IMG/VR virus record: IMGVR_UViG_3300025389_000022
Coordinates: 3,671-67,670 of that record
Source of the DNA: a virus
Taxonomy: Duplodnaviria; Caudoviricetes
Length of the DNA: 64,000 nt
Reading direction: 5' to 3' (one strand)
Both the position numbers and the translations under genes were made by a program. Of this stretch, positions 19,961 through 29,373 are shown one piece after another. Under the pieces are notes generated by a model. It saw nothing but the letters and a program-made list of their open reading frames with translations, searched no databases and was not told where the DNA came from. Position 1 is the first letter of the stretch. Each line of letters opens with the position of its first letter.

Positions 19961-21213
19961 TACGAACCTACTCCTTGATCAAAACCAGCTTTAATAAATT
20001 CAACAATCGTAGTATATCTAGGCGATTGTCCAGCAGGCTTCATTGAGTGCTTGACTCTAATCACTAGTACCTTTGCGGTTATCTGTGTTTCTTCTTGTCC
20101 GCCGGCGTTATCAGAAGATTTGTTTGGTATTTTAAGTTTGATTGTAGTTCCTACTCTAACGTCTGGATTACCGTACACTTCCATCCAACCGACGTCATTT
20201 CCTAATCTTGCAACTACTGCTGATTTATAAGATTTTGTCTGACTGATATACGTCTGGTCTTTGTCGTTTTCAGGTGATATGACCACATGTCTTATTGGCT
20301 TCTGTTCCTTCGACGGCTTATTGATCTTTTGCTTTTCTTGACCAGAAATAGGTGACTCAGATGTAGGCATTTTAGGATCTTTAAACTCTTTATCTTCTTT
20401 CTGTTGTTTACCTGAAGCAAGATTATAAGAGCTCTTTGCAGTAGGAGCGTTCCAGCGATATGGAGTCAAGAAAGAAGAAGGAATGTGAAGATTTAATATA
20501 TTTTTTTCATCTGGACCCTCTGACGTCTTACTGCCGGCAGTTCCGTCCTGTGAAAATTCTATACCGGCGTCGTCGTCCATCATCTTCTTAAACGTAGTAA
20601 ACTTAATAACCTGATCGCCTGAGCTGTTTCTAGTCTCAAACAGAGAAAATGCAGATCCATCCTCTTCATAGTTCTGAGAAACGTGTCTGTCCTTTAAATG
20701 ATCGATGAATTTGTGCGGGTGCATACTGTTACCAAGTATTCTCTGCTTGGCTTTAGTCTCTTGACCGATCTCTACTTTTTTCTCTGATTCCCAATAATTT
20801 TCAACTACGTCTTTTACTATATTAGAAGTCTGATCGTGATAGCTCTTGTTAATTACTTTGTTTTGAGACTTGAGTAGTTCAGGTGAGCACATGCGAAGCT
20901 GATAGGTCTTGCCCTTCATGGCGCCGGTATGTTTCATCTCAGCGTTCTGTAGCATCGCAAATTTAAACGTAGCAGTGTTCTGTCCCGCCCCCTTAAAGCT
21001 AATATCTACAGTCTCATCACCGGCAAATTTATTCTTTCCTAGTACGTCATTAGAATCAAACACAGTCACGTCTGCATACGTATGATGATCGATGGCGCTC
21101 TCGTAGACATTCATACCAAGCACTACTAGTTTTTTATCACTCGCTAGGTCTATATTACCTCGCGATGAATTGATTGATAGAGTATCTAGATCTATATCGC
21201 CTGGTGATGCCAT
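19960..21213 (-). CDS. Baseplate hub protein (gp27-like)
   Basis: Sits between gp53 and gp5. Phage D/gp27-like pattern with C-terminal VYGNPDVRVG.TIKL..P and VLV..VKH motifs. Confidence 0.65.
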   Translation of the reverse strand: MASPGDIDLDTLSINSSRGNIDLASDKKLVVLGMNVYESAIDHHTYADVTVFDSNDVLGKNKFAGDETVDISFKGAGQNTATFKFAMLQNAEMKHTGAMKGKTYQLRMCSPELLKSQNKVINKSYHDQTSNIVKDVVENYWESEKKVEIGQETKAKQRILGNSMHPHKFIDHLKDRHVSQNYEEDGSAFSLFETRNSSGDQVIKFTTFKKMMDDDAGIEFSQDGTAGSKTSEGPDEKNILNLHIPSSFLTPYRWNAPTAKSSYNLASGKQQKEDKEFKDPKMPTSESPISGQEKQKINKPSKEQKPIRHVVISPENDKDQTYISQTKSYKSAVVARLGNDVGWMEVYGNPDVRVGTTIKLKIPNKSSDNAGGQEETQITAKVLVIRVKHSMKPAGQSPRYTTIVEFIKAGFDQGVGS

Positions 21214-21214
21214 A

Positions 21215-22387
21215 TTATTTCAACAAGTTCTTTATATTTAACGCTATCTGTCTCGAGTAAGTACTGTCTACTACATTAATAGTCTTATTTCCTTCATTCT
21301 TCTCATATTCATAATCATAGTATGTTACTGGAGAAAAGTATGTAACTTCTTCCGGCAGTAGATTCTGCGCATAGAATGAAGAAGAGTATATCGCATTATT
21401 TACTCCACTCTCCGTTCCATATATATAACTATTACTGGTGATATACGCATAACCTTCTAGATTAGACTTGACATACGGCGGAATAAAGTGGTGTACCTCT
21501 GCTGGACTGTTAGTTCTTATATCATTGAGACCGATTTTTGGACCACCGGAAGATAAAGATAAACTAAATCCAATACTATTAGCCGCGACGACGTAGTAGT
21601 ATGAATTAGCAGTCAGCGCTGATAAGGCTGTATTACCAGTTGGAACTTCGTAGTATATTCTTTCATTTATATCGAACTTTAAGTCAGAATTAGCTAAAAA
21701 TATCGTAGCGGTGGCAGGATCAAATCCAGCAATATTTGCCGATATCGATAGCTTATTACCTACCACGAATCCAGAAGTATGCTGAATATAGACGTATCCG
21801 TTATTAGCAAATAGTACCTGTCCACGACCAGAAGTATTTGCGTCATAATAGACATTCACTATCTCATCCGTCATAAAGTCTGTATTACTTACTGGATAGG
21901 CGACTATGTTATTAGTGTTTATTTCAGTATCATCTTTTTTTCTCTGATAACCTATGACGTTGTTCATAGTGCCGTACTGTGGTTCCCAATACTTAAATAG
22001 GGTTGGTGGTAGGGCATCGTATTCACTAATAGATATAGCATTTGCGCTGAACCAATTATTTTTATAATATTTTACCTTAACTTGAGCTAATTCATATGAA
22101 CCGTATTTCTTTTGAATTAGCTCACTCAACTCTTCTTCTTGCAGATACCACTCATAGTATGGATCTACGACGCTATTAGATAGGTATAAGAGCCAACTAT
22201 AAAATGAATCGTCATAGTATCTGTTAGCGAACTGATCTGGTCTCTCATAAGTCTCAATAGTATATGGATAAAACACATAAGGATTCTTTAAAGTATTGTC
22301 AGTAAAGACTACACGCTCGGTGATGTCTCTTGCTTGATTATTTGCATAAGTAATAATTGGAAACTTATCAAAATATCTTTCTGACAT
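21215..22387 (-). CDS. gp53: Baseplate wedge protein gp53 with inserted domain
   Basis: YFDKFP.I.Y, ERPDQFANRYYDD..YSWLL.LSN..VDPYYEW and C-terminal YEYEKNE..KTI.V motifs. Confidence 0.85.
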   Translation of the reverse strand: MSERYFDKFPIITYANNQARDITERVVFTDNTLKNPYVFYPYTIETYERPDQFANRYYDDSFYSWLLYLSNSVVDPYYEWYLQEEELSELIQKKYGSYELAQVKVKYYKNNWFSANAISISEYDALPPTLFKYWEPQYGTMNNVIGYQRKKDDTEINTNNIVAYPVSNTDFMTDEIVNVYYDANTSGRGQVLFANNGYVYIQHTSGFVVGNKLSISANIAGFDPATATIFLANSDLKFDINERIYYEVPTGNTALSALTANSYYYVVAANSIGFSLSLSSGGPKIGLNDIRTNSPAEVHHFIPPYVKSNLEGYAYITSNSYIYGTESGVNNAIYSSSFYAQNLLPEEVTYFSPVTYYDYEYEKNEGNKTINVVDSTYSRQIALNIKNLLK

Positions 22388-22395
22388 ATACTATC

Positions 22396-23124
22396 CTATC
22401 TTAAATCTTCTTGTAACCAGTATTCGATTTCTGTTAGATTGACTGTCATTCTTACTTGAGTTGGGCCGCCGGTGTTCTTAAAGAAAGATGGATTACCACC
22501 TGGGTTATAGTCGTATTGAACAGAATTTATAGCGCAAGGCTTCATCTGAAATAGATAATCATCAGGATGAAACTGCGGCACTACTATTTTTGGATATTTT
22601 AGCGTAGCGTTAATACCAAAAAGGTTTTGTCCTGCGCTAGGCATCATATTTTTTCTAAAAGTCTGTAGTATATCCTGTAAGTCTCTAGTTTCATCTTGCG
22701 TTCTTGGAGCTAGATTCCAAGTAAAAGAAAAGTGTTTAAACTGTGGAGCTTTAAACAACATGACTAGAAATGGATTGATGGTCTGTCCACCAATATAACC
22801 TAATCCTACATTTCCTGCTTTTGCTATAGCTTCTGCAGAAGCCAATGCGCCTGATACCGAACCAGAAAGAATACCACTAGATAGAGTAGATGCGGCGTCC
22901 CATAGATTTTCTTGCTGCCAGTCTACAGTAGGATGATCATTTATTTTATCTGGCATTGGAAGTATGACCGAAGAGCCGCCGGCAAATTGCAGAGAAGCTC
23001 CGGATCCACCTCTGTTATAGTCGTAAAAAGAAAATGAAGTATAAAAGGATTTTGAACCATCAGTTAAATCGCTAGGGAATTGTGTTCCACCCCCGCCGAT
23101 AGATGGTGCTGTTGGTGCTGCCAT
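22396..23124 (-). CDS. gp48: Baseplate tail-tube cap gp48
   Basis: INPFL.MLFKAPQFKHFSFTWNLAPR..DE...I...F and P....MT.NLTE.E motifs. Confidence 0.8.
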   Translation of the reverse strand: MAAPTAPSIGGGGTQFPSDLTDGSKSFYTSFSFYDYNRGGSGASLQFAGGSSVILPMPDKINDHPTVDWQQENLWDAASTLSSGILSGSVSGALASAEAIAKAGNVGLGYIGGQTINPFLVMLFKAPQFKHFSFTWNLAPRTQDETRDLQDILQTFRKNMMPSAGQNLFGINATLKYPKIVVPQFHPDDYLFQMKPCAINSVQYDYNPGGNPSFFKNTGGPTQVRMTVNLTEIEYWLQEDLR

Positions 23125-23155
23125 AATAGTCCTTTAATAAATATTTTTTATATTT

Positions 23156-23163
23156 TATTTATA
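23156..23163 (-). promoter_or_regulatory. Late promoter TATAAATA driving the leftward baseplate operon
   Basis: Exact match in the divergent gp48/gp4 intergenic region. Confidence 0.7.
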
Positions 23164-23181
23164 TCAAGTTTGAGAGTTAAT

Positions 23182-23613
23182 ATGGCCACCTACAAGGGTA
23201 AATTTAAACCAAAGAATCCACAGAAGTATAAAGGAAATCCCACTAACATCATTTATCGTTCTAGATGGGAATTGAAACTAATGTCTAGACTTGACGACGA
23301 TCCACAGGTCGTGCAGTGGTCTTCTGAAGAAATTATAATACCTTATATTTCTCCAATTGATGGTAAACGACATCGATATTTTCCTGATTTTTGGGTAAAG
23401 AATGCGAGTGGCGATGTGATACTCATTGAAGTTAAACCATTTAATCAGACCAAGCCACCAGAAGTAGTAAGCAAACCAACAAGAAGATACATAAATGAGG
23501 TAGTCACTTGGGGAAAAAATCAAGCAAAATGGAAAGCGGCGGAAGAGTACTGTGCTGATAGAAAGTGGAAGTTTGTTATCATGACCGAGCACGAACTAGG
23601 TATAAAATTCTAA
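23182..23613 (+). CDS. gp4: Head completion protein gp4 (TnsA-like nuclease fold)
   Basis: YKGKFKPKNPQKYKGNPTNIIYRSRWE...WSSEE..IPY.SP.DGK.HRYFPDF motif. Start taken at ATG 23182. Confidence 0.92.
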   Translation: MATYKGKFKPKNPQKYKGNPTNIIYRSRWELKLMSRLDDDPQVVQWSSEEIIIPYISPIDGKRHRYFPDFWVKNASGDVILIEVKPFNQTKPPEVVSKPTRRYINEVVTWGKNQAKWKAAEEYCADRKWKFVIMTEHELGIKF

Positions 23614-23621
23614 TATAAATA
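23614..23621 (+). promoter_or_regulatory. Late promoter TATAAATA upstream of gp2
   Basis: Exact match. Confidence 0.75.
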
Positions 23622-23647
23622 TCATGAATTTAACAACTGGAAGATAA

Positions 23648-24280
23648 ATGCCGTCAATAGTATTTCAAAATCTACTTAAACAATCTAGTGTAAAAATTCA
23701 GTCAGATGAGAAGAACTCTGTTGACTGGTTCCGAAAGATGGCTCTAGGTGTGAAGCAGGTAAATACAAAAGACTTAATAACTGATACTAAAGACCCGTTC
23801 AAAAGAATAGTAAAACTATCAGAGACGTCTGTCGGTAAGATGTACATGTTCACTTACGATCCAAAGACAAAAGCGGATCTCCCGTACTACGACAGATATC
23901 CTTTAATATTTCCAGTGGACTACCACGCTGATGGTTTTTCAGGCATCAATCTTCACTATCTACCACCATTAGCTAGAGCAAAGTTGATGGACGCTTTATA
24001 TACCATAATAAATAACAACAAACAGGATAAAACAACTAAACTTAAGATATCTTATCAGGTATTAAAGTCATCTTCTAAATTCGTACTATTTAAAGCTTGT
24101 TATAAGAAGTATCTATTTAATCATGTTAGATCAAATTTTTTATATATTGCGCCAGATGAGTGGAATATTGCTTTGATGCTCCCAACTCAGAAGTTTCTTA
24201 AAACTACACCCGGTGGTTCTGATATTGGTGTCGATACCACACAAATCTATAGGGATTCGATAAGAAAAACATATGTTTAA
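23648..24280 (+). CDS. gp2: DNA end protector gp2
   Basis: GKMYMFTYDPKTK..LPYYDRYPLIFP.....GF.GINLHYLPP..RA.L motif. Confidence 0.93.
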   Translation: MPSIVFQNLLKQSSVKIQSDEKNSVDWFRKMALGVKQVNTKDLITDTKDPFKRIVKLSETSVGKMYMFTYDPKTKADLPYYDRYPLIFPVDYHADGFSGINLHYLPPLARAKLMDALYTIINNNKQDKTTKLKISYQVLKSSSKFVLFKACYKKYLFNHVRSNFLYIAPDEWNIALMLPTQKFLKTTPGGSDIGVDTTQIYRDSIRKTYV

Positions 24281-24974
24281 CATAGATAATTTTAAATCAA
24301 GCATAGAGAAAAACTCATACCTTCAAACTAATAAGTTTAAGGTAATAATTCCTGTTCCACCGTCAATAAGTCAGCATGTAGTTGGTCAAGGCGAGGGAGA
24401 TGTTGGTAAGCTATTAACTTTTAGAGCTGAAGCTGTAAAGGCGCCTGGTATCACCTTGAACAGCGATCAGGTATATCGCTATGGTATCGGCACGCAGCAG
24501 CAGATGCCATACTCGGCTTCATACACCGACAATGTCATCTCATTTATATCAGACGGTCGTGGTACGATCTGGAATTTCTGGTATCTATGGATTAGAAGCA
24601 TATTTGGATTCGCAGGCAACGATAGTTTTACCGGTGGTGGTAACTTCAACACCATGCCGGACTATCAGGTAGAGTATAAAGAGAACTACGCTACAGAGAT
24701 TTCAGTTATAATTTTTGATAATTTTGGAAATGAGATTCAGACAATTAACATGTATGACGCATTTCCTATATCATTTAATGACGTGCAGTTGAACTGGGCA
24801 GATAATAATAACCTGCTGAGAGTGACTGTCGGATTCACCTTCAAGGAATTCACAGTCGATGGCGCCGGTATGAACGCTCTATCTTCTAACATACCACCGA
24901 GACCAAAGATTATCTCACCGACGATTTCATCTACTAATCCAACTACACCTTCTGCAAAACCTAATACGTTTTAA
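24273..24974 (+). CDS. gp54: Tail tube initiator gp54-like (gp19 family)
   Basis: gp19/gp54-family motifs YATEI....FD.........DAFP.S...V.LNW.......V.F.F. Confidence 0.7.
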   Translation: MFNIDNFKSSIEKNSYLQTNKFKVIIPVPPSISQHVVGQGEGDVGKLLTFRAEAVKAPGITLNSDQVYRYGIGTQQQMPYSASYTDNVISFISDGRGTIWNFWYLWIRSIFGFAGNDSFTGGGNFNTMPDYQVEYKENYATEISVIIFDNFGNEIQTINMYDAFPISFNDVQLNWADNNNLLRVTVGFTFKEFTVDGAGMNALSSNIPPRPKIISPTISSTNPTTPSAKPNTF

Positions 24975-24998
24975 TTGAAAACATAATGGAGATTTATA

Positions 24999-25712
24999 AT
25001 GTCAAGTTTACCGAAGATTAGTTATCCTATCAATGACGTTAAAATACCTTCTCTTAATAAGTCTTTTAAATTTAGACCATTCTTGGTTAAAGAAGAGAAG
25101 CTGTTGTTGATGGCAAAAGAGAGTCAGACACCATCTGATATCCTGCAGGCAATTAAGCAGGTAGTTAATAACTGTTCGATTGATATTAAGTTTGACGCCG
25201 ATAGACTAGCGATATTCGATTTAGAATATATCTTTTTAAGACTTCGCGCTATGTCGGTGGACAACGTAGTCAAGGTGACGTACAAAGACTATGAGGACGA
25301 AAAGAACTACGATTTCGACATCGATCTCAATAAAGTAGAAGTAGACTTTCCTAAAGAGTTCGATAATAAAGTAGTAGTCACTGACAAGTCCGGCATCATC
25401 CTCAAGTACCCATCTGCCAGTCTATATGACGATAAAGAATTCATCAACTCAGAAAAAGACTATCTGTTTGAGCTTATCGTCAGGTGCGTAGATAAAATCT
25501 ACGAGAACGAAAACGTATTTGAGGCAAAAGACTATTCTTTAAAAGAGATTAGAGAGTTTCTAGAAAACTTAGACGTTAAGACCTTTGATAAAATTAGAGA
25601 GTTTCTTCTCAACCTTCCAAAGCTTAAATACGTAATAGAGTATAAAAACTCGCTAGGAAACGACAGGAAGATAGAGCTTAATTCTCTCAATGATTTTTTT
25701 ACCTTGCGCTAA
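24999..25712 (+). CDS. gp26: Baseplate hub assembly chaperone gp26
   Basis: LPKI.YP......PS.....KFRPFLVKEEKLLLMAKES, FDLEYIFLRLRAMSV and terminal L.DFF motifs. Confidence 0.9.
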   Translation: MSSLPKISYPINDVKIPSLNKSFKFRPFLVKEEKLLLMAKESQTPSDILQAIKQVVNNCSIDIKFDADRLAIFDLEYIFLRLRAMSVDNVVKVTYKDYEDEKNYDFDIDLNKVEVDFPKEFDNKVVVTDKSGIILKYPSASLYDDKEFINSEKDYLFELIVRCVDKIYENENVFEAKDYSLKEIREFLENLDVKTFDKIREFLLNLPKLKYVIEYKNSLGNDRKIELNSLNDFFTLR

Positions 25713-25888
25713 ACCACAATACGCTGCATAACTATTTTGCTACCGTGTTCAGTTTAGCGCAACACCATAAATATTCGATTAGCGACGTTGAAAACTTAAT
25801 GCCATTTGAGCGTGATATCTATGTGGATATGTTAGTCACTTACATCAAACAACAAGAAGAAGCGCAAAACAACGCACAGAATAGGTAG
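25694..25888 (+). CDS. gp51: Baseplate hub assembly protein gp51 (no canonical start; probably reached by -1 frameshift from gp26)
   Basis: Manual translation FFYLALNHNTLHNYFATVFSLAQHHKYSISDVENLMPFERDIYVDMLVTYIKQQEEAQNNAQNR* carries the gp51 HHKYS..E.M.P.ER.IY motif. Not in the ORF track. Confidence 0.85.
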   Translation, partial: FFYLALNHNTLHNYFATVFSLAQHHKYSISDVENLMPFERDIYVDMLVTYIKQQEEAQNNAQNR

Positions 25889-25891
25889 TAA

Positions 25892-28339
25892 ATGGCAAAG
25901 CAAAGAAATATACCTGTAAGAGATATAGCCGCCAATCCTATATTAAAGGCGGCGTATGAAAAACAATTACAGGAAAATCCTGTCGATAGCGATTTTAGAA
26001 AAGCAGCTTCCGAATACGATCCATCTTCCATCAAGGGTGTAAAAGATCTCAGCAACGTAGTTAGAGATCAGAAGACCTATATGACTAACCTTGATAGGAC
26101 TCTAAAGAGACTAGATAAGACCATTAACAAGGTCGATGGTACCATGTCTAAGACGATGCAGGTCTTGACAGAGTCTCTTGGTATTCAAAGAAAAATGGTA
26201 TCTGAACTTCAAAAACTCAACAATTTGACTCGTAGAGAAGACGATCAGATGCTTGAGGTGTTGCAGGACATCGATGATCATATAAGCAATGATGGCGGGA
26301 AGGCTGAAGGTCATGGCAGTGAATTAGCTAGTGGACTGCAGAGTAAGTTAGAGAGTATACTGTTAAGCGTATTTAATAAGACGGCTCTACAGTTAGGATC
26401 GGCAGGCGCCGGTCTGTTTGCCGGTATAAAACTCAATGAGCTTATAAAAGATTTTACTAATAGCGAAACAGGTCAAAAAATTGGCGATGCTGTCGCTACA
26501 GCTAAAAAGAGTATAGGTTTTACTCAGGAAAACTTTCCAGAATTAACTGAGATGATTAGATCTTGGTATGGTACTGGAATCCCTGAGATGCTTGGTGGTA
26601 AGAGCAAAAAAGAATTTGAACAGTCACATAATCTAACACCAAATAAAGCTGAAGTATCTGAAAGCATTAAAGAGCTACAAAATAAACAACAAGCTAAAAG
26701 AATTGGTGAACAAAGATATCATGGAGATGAATTAACCGAAGAGCAAAAGAAAAAAGGATATGAAAATCCTTACAATAAAGATCCTAATAAAGGTGGTTAT
26801 AATTCTTCTAATGAACAATTTTCTAGTGGAGGCGAAGTTCCTAAAAATGGTTGGTGGACTTCAGAGAAACAGAAACAAGCTGTAGATTATTTAATTAAAA
26901 ATGGTGGATTTACAGAATATGGAGCTGCTGCGGCTGTCGCAAGAATGACAAAAGAAGCGCCAAAAGGTCCAGGAGATTCGAATAACATAGGTGGTGGTCA
27001 CTGGGGTATAGCGCAGTGGGGAGTTAATAGAAGAGGTCGTGAAATGGCCAATGCTTCTTTTGAAGAGCAATTGGCTTGGTATGTTAAGGAAACACAAACA
27101 ACAGAAAAACCAGCAGGAGAAAGATTTAGAACAGCCAAAAACGCTCAAGAAGGAGCATACGCTGCAGCTAGTTTTGAAAGAGCAGAAGGATGGAAAGAAA
27201 GTGGTGGTAAAAAAGATGTTCTAATGAACAATACACCAATTGATGACGTTTATAAAAATACTATAGGCCAAAGTTCTTCGACAAAACAAAACACTCAAGA
27301 ATCTACAGAACCACGTACTATAAAGAAATTTGTAAAAGGCGCTGGTTGGACTGGTATGCAAGAAGTACCAAACCCAAAATATAAAGCGCCGGATGCAACT
27401 CAAGTTGCATCTTCTTCTTCTAAAGTAGTGTCACCAAACGAGGGACGTGATGCAAATTCACAAACAAAAACTAGTACTGCTGGAGAAAAAGCATATTCAG
27501 GTAATTTAGAAGGAGTAAATAGCGCACTTGTTTCTGCGTTTGAACAAGCTGCAGCAGAATATAAACAAAAAACACATAAAGATGTTAAAGTCAATTCTGG
27601 GCTTAGAACTTATGAAGAACAGCAAAAATTATGGGACAATAGAAAAAACAATCCAAATCCTGTAGCAAGACCAGGAACAAGTTTGCATGAAAAGGGTTTA
27701 GCAATTGATATCAATTCTGCACAAGCAAACGAAATGGACAGGATGGGTATACTTGCTAAATACGGATTAAACAGGCCAGTCCCAGGAGATCCTCCTCATA
27801 TACAATTAATGGGTACAAAATATAAAGAAGCTTCTAATGCTCCTTTACCAAACATAGGTCCACCTGATACAACTAATACATCACAAAATGCACAACCTGT
27901 TTCTCAACAGCCGATGACACCATCGATGGGTATGCCTATGATGGGAGGTTTAGGTAATATAATGGGAATGATTGGTGGAATGGGAGGCATGGGAGGAATT
28001 GGTGGTATGCTTGGAATGGCAATGCCGCTTATTGGTAATCTTCTTGGAAGTATCTTTGATGAAAGCAATGGACTACCGCAGGGAATGCCGAGTAGACCAG
28101 CATCTTCTTTAATACCTGCGTTTGCAGACCAGTCAATAATGGGTGGTTTGAATTCTGCAGTCAATGGACAGGATGGCGCGCAGGGTAGTCAAAGATTTCC
28201 ATCGCAGAGTCAGAGCGCACAGGGGCTGCCTCCTGAAGTATCTGGAGTCGGTAACATGGCCATGTCGGCTACAGTCCCATGGGCTGACCTGCTTAAGACT
28301 ATATTTGGATCTGGAGCTAAAGAAGGTCCGCACAAATAA
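25892..28339 (+). CDS. Tape-measure/gp29-like protein with tail-lysozyme and M15 peptidase domains
   Basis: Coiled-coil N-terminus. Lysozyme-like segment AVDYL...G...GAAA.VA.M..E...GIAQW...R. M15 segment VNSGLRTYEEQ...ARPGTSLHEKGLAIDI...DPPHIQ. Confidence 0.7.
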   Translation: MAKQRNIPVRDIAANPILKAAYEKQLQENPVDSDFRKAASEYDPSSIKGVKDLSNVVRDQKTYMTNLDRTLKRLDKTINKVDGTMSKTMQVLTESLGIQRKMVSELQKLNNLTRREDDQMLEVLQDIDDHISNDGGKAEGHGSELASGLQSKLESILLSVFNKTALQLGSAGAGLFAGIKLNELIKDFTNSETGQKIGDAVATAKKSIGFTQENFPELTEMIRSWYGTGIPEMLGGKSKKEFEQSHNLTPNKAEVSESIKELQNKQQAKRIGEQRYHGDELTEEQKKKGYENPYNKDPNKGGYNSSNEQFSSGGEVPKNGWWTSEKQKQAVDYLIKNGGFTEYGAAAAVARMTKEAPKGPGDSNNIGGGHWGIAQWGVNRRGREMANASFEEQLAWYVKETQTTEKPAGERFRTAKNAQEGAYAAASFERAEGWKESGGKKDVLMNNTPIDDVYKNTIGQSSSTKQNTQESTEPRTIKKFVKGAGWTGMQEVPNPKYKAPDATQVASSSSKVVSPNEGRDANSQTKTSTAGEKAYSGNLEGVNSALVSAFEQAAAEYKQKTHKDVKVNSGLRTYEEQQKLWDNRKNNPNPVARPGTSLHEKGLAIDINSAQANEMDRMGILAKYGLNRPVPGDPPHIQLMGTKYKEASNAPLPNIGPPDTTNTSQNAQPVSQQPMTPSMGMPMMGGLGNIMGMIGGMGGMGGIGGMLGMAMPLIGNLLGSIFDESNGLPQGMPSRPASSLIPAFADQSIMGGLNSAVNGQDGAQGSQRFPSQSQSAQGLPPEVSGVGNMAMSATVPWADLLKTIFGSGAKEGPHK

Positions 28340-28342
28340 AAA

Positions 28343-28360
28343 GGAGGGCCGAAGCCCTCC
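28343..28360 (-). terminator. Intrinsic terminator after gp32 (at the convergent junction with the gp29-like gene)
   Basis: Minus strand reads GGAGGGC-TTCG-GCCCTCC followed by TTTTTATTT. Confidence 0.85.
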
Positions 28361-28365
28361 TAGTA

Positions 28366-29277
28366 TTAGCCGGCTAGTGACTTAAAGAATTCCAAAGACT
28401 CATCGTCTTCGTCATCGCTACCTGAGTACTTAGGAGCGTGAGTCGCCTTAAACGACGGAGCAGACTCCTCGCGCGCCCACGGCACTTCTTCCTCTTCAGC
28501 CTTCTTTACTTTAGCCGTAGCGTCACCAGATAGTACCTTAACGAGCTTGGCCTTCAGCTCTTCATATGTCTTAAAGTTTTCAGGCTTCAAGAAGTCTTGA
28601 AGTGAGTGCTCAGACTCCCAGACCTTCTCAAGCTTCTCGTCGTCCTTGAGCAGCGCGCTGACCTTGTCGAACTCAGACTTATCGTAGTTGCGATAGCCTT
28701 CTACCTGACGAATCTTAAGCTTGAAGTTCGCACCAGCCCAGAGATCAAACGGGTTCATCGCCTCTTCATCAGCGAACTGAGGTTCCATAGCTTCCTTGAG
28801 CTTGTCGAAGATCTTCTTGCCGTACTTGTAGAGGAATACCTTACCCTCATTATCTGGGTTGGCCTGATCCTGAACGACATAGATGTTTGAGATGAAGTGA
28901 AGACGACGCTTCTGCTTACGAGCCTGCTTGCGCTCTTCTGAATTGTCGTCAGTCGTAGAGTTCCAGAGCTTTGAGTTATACTCAGATACTGGATCCTGCT
29001 TACCGATAGACGTCAGTGAGTTTTCGATGTACCATCCGCCTGGGCCTTGAAAGCCATGATCAAAGACTCGTACAAAAGGTACATCCTCATTAGGGGGAGC
29101 AGGGAGAAAACGAATAACGGCATAACCATTACCAGCCTTATCTACAGTCGGTGACCAGAAGCGATCGTCGCCCGCCTTCTTAGCACCTTCTTGATTGGAA
29201 ATCTTGTTGAGCTCTTCAGTGAGAGCGGATAGTGACTTGTTACCTGATGCTGACTTAAGCTTTGCAAAATTGGACAT
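28366..29277 (-). CDS. gp32: Single-stranded DNA-binding protein gp32
   Basis: DDRFW.PTVDKAGNGYAVIRFLPAP, HGFQGPGGWYIENSLT and GKVFLYKYGKKIFDK motifs. Acidic C-terminal tail. Confidence 0.97.
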   Translation of the reverse strand: MSNFAKLKSASGNKSLSALTEELNKISNQEGAKKAGDDRFWSPTVDKAGNGYAVIRFLPAPPNEDVPFVRVFDHGFQGPGGWYIENSLTSIGKQDPVSEYNSKLWNSTTDDNSEERKQARKQKRRLHFISNIYVVQDQANPDNEGKVFLYKYGKKIFDKLKEAMEPQFADEEAMNPFDLWAGANFKLKIRQVEGYRNYDKSEFDKVSALLKDDEKLEKVWESEHSLQDFLKPENFKTYEELKAKLVKVLSGDATAKVKKAEEEEVPWAREESAPSFKATHAPKYSGSDDEDDESLEFFKSLAG

Positions 29278-29344
29278 ATGTATCTCCTTGTATATGCGTT
29301 GTATGTGCTATGTATAAATGGCATCTGTATCGCCATTATTATTT

Positions 29345-29373
29345 ATTATACTACTCTTTACCATAAATGTCAA
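29345..29373 (-). promoter_or_regulatory. Sigma70-type promoter for gp32
   Basis: TTGACA-17 nt-TATAAT on the minus strand. Confidence 0.8.

Noticed and set aside
23080-23613. TnsA transposase / Tn7-like element, and the longer 177-aa start
   Set aside because: The sequence and position next to gp2 match T4 gp4. There are no other tns genes or ends, and the upstream extension overlaps gp48.
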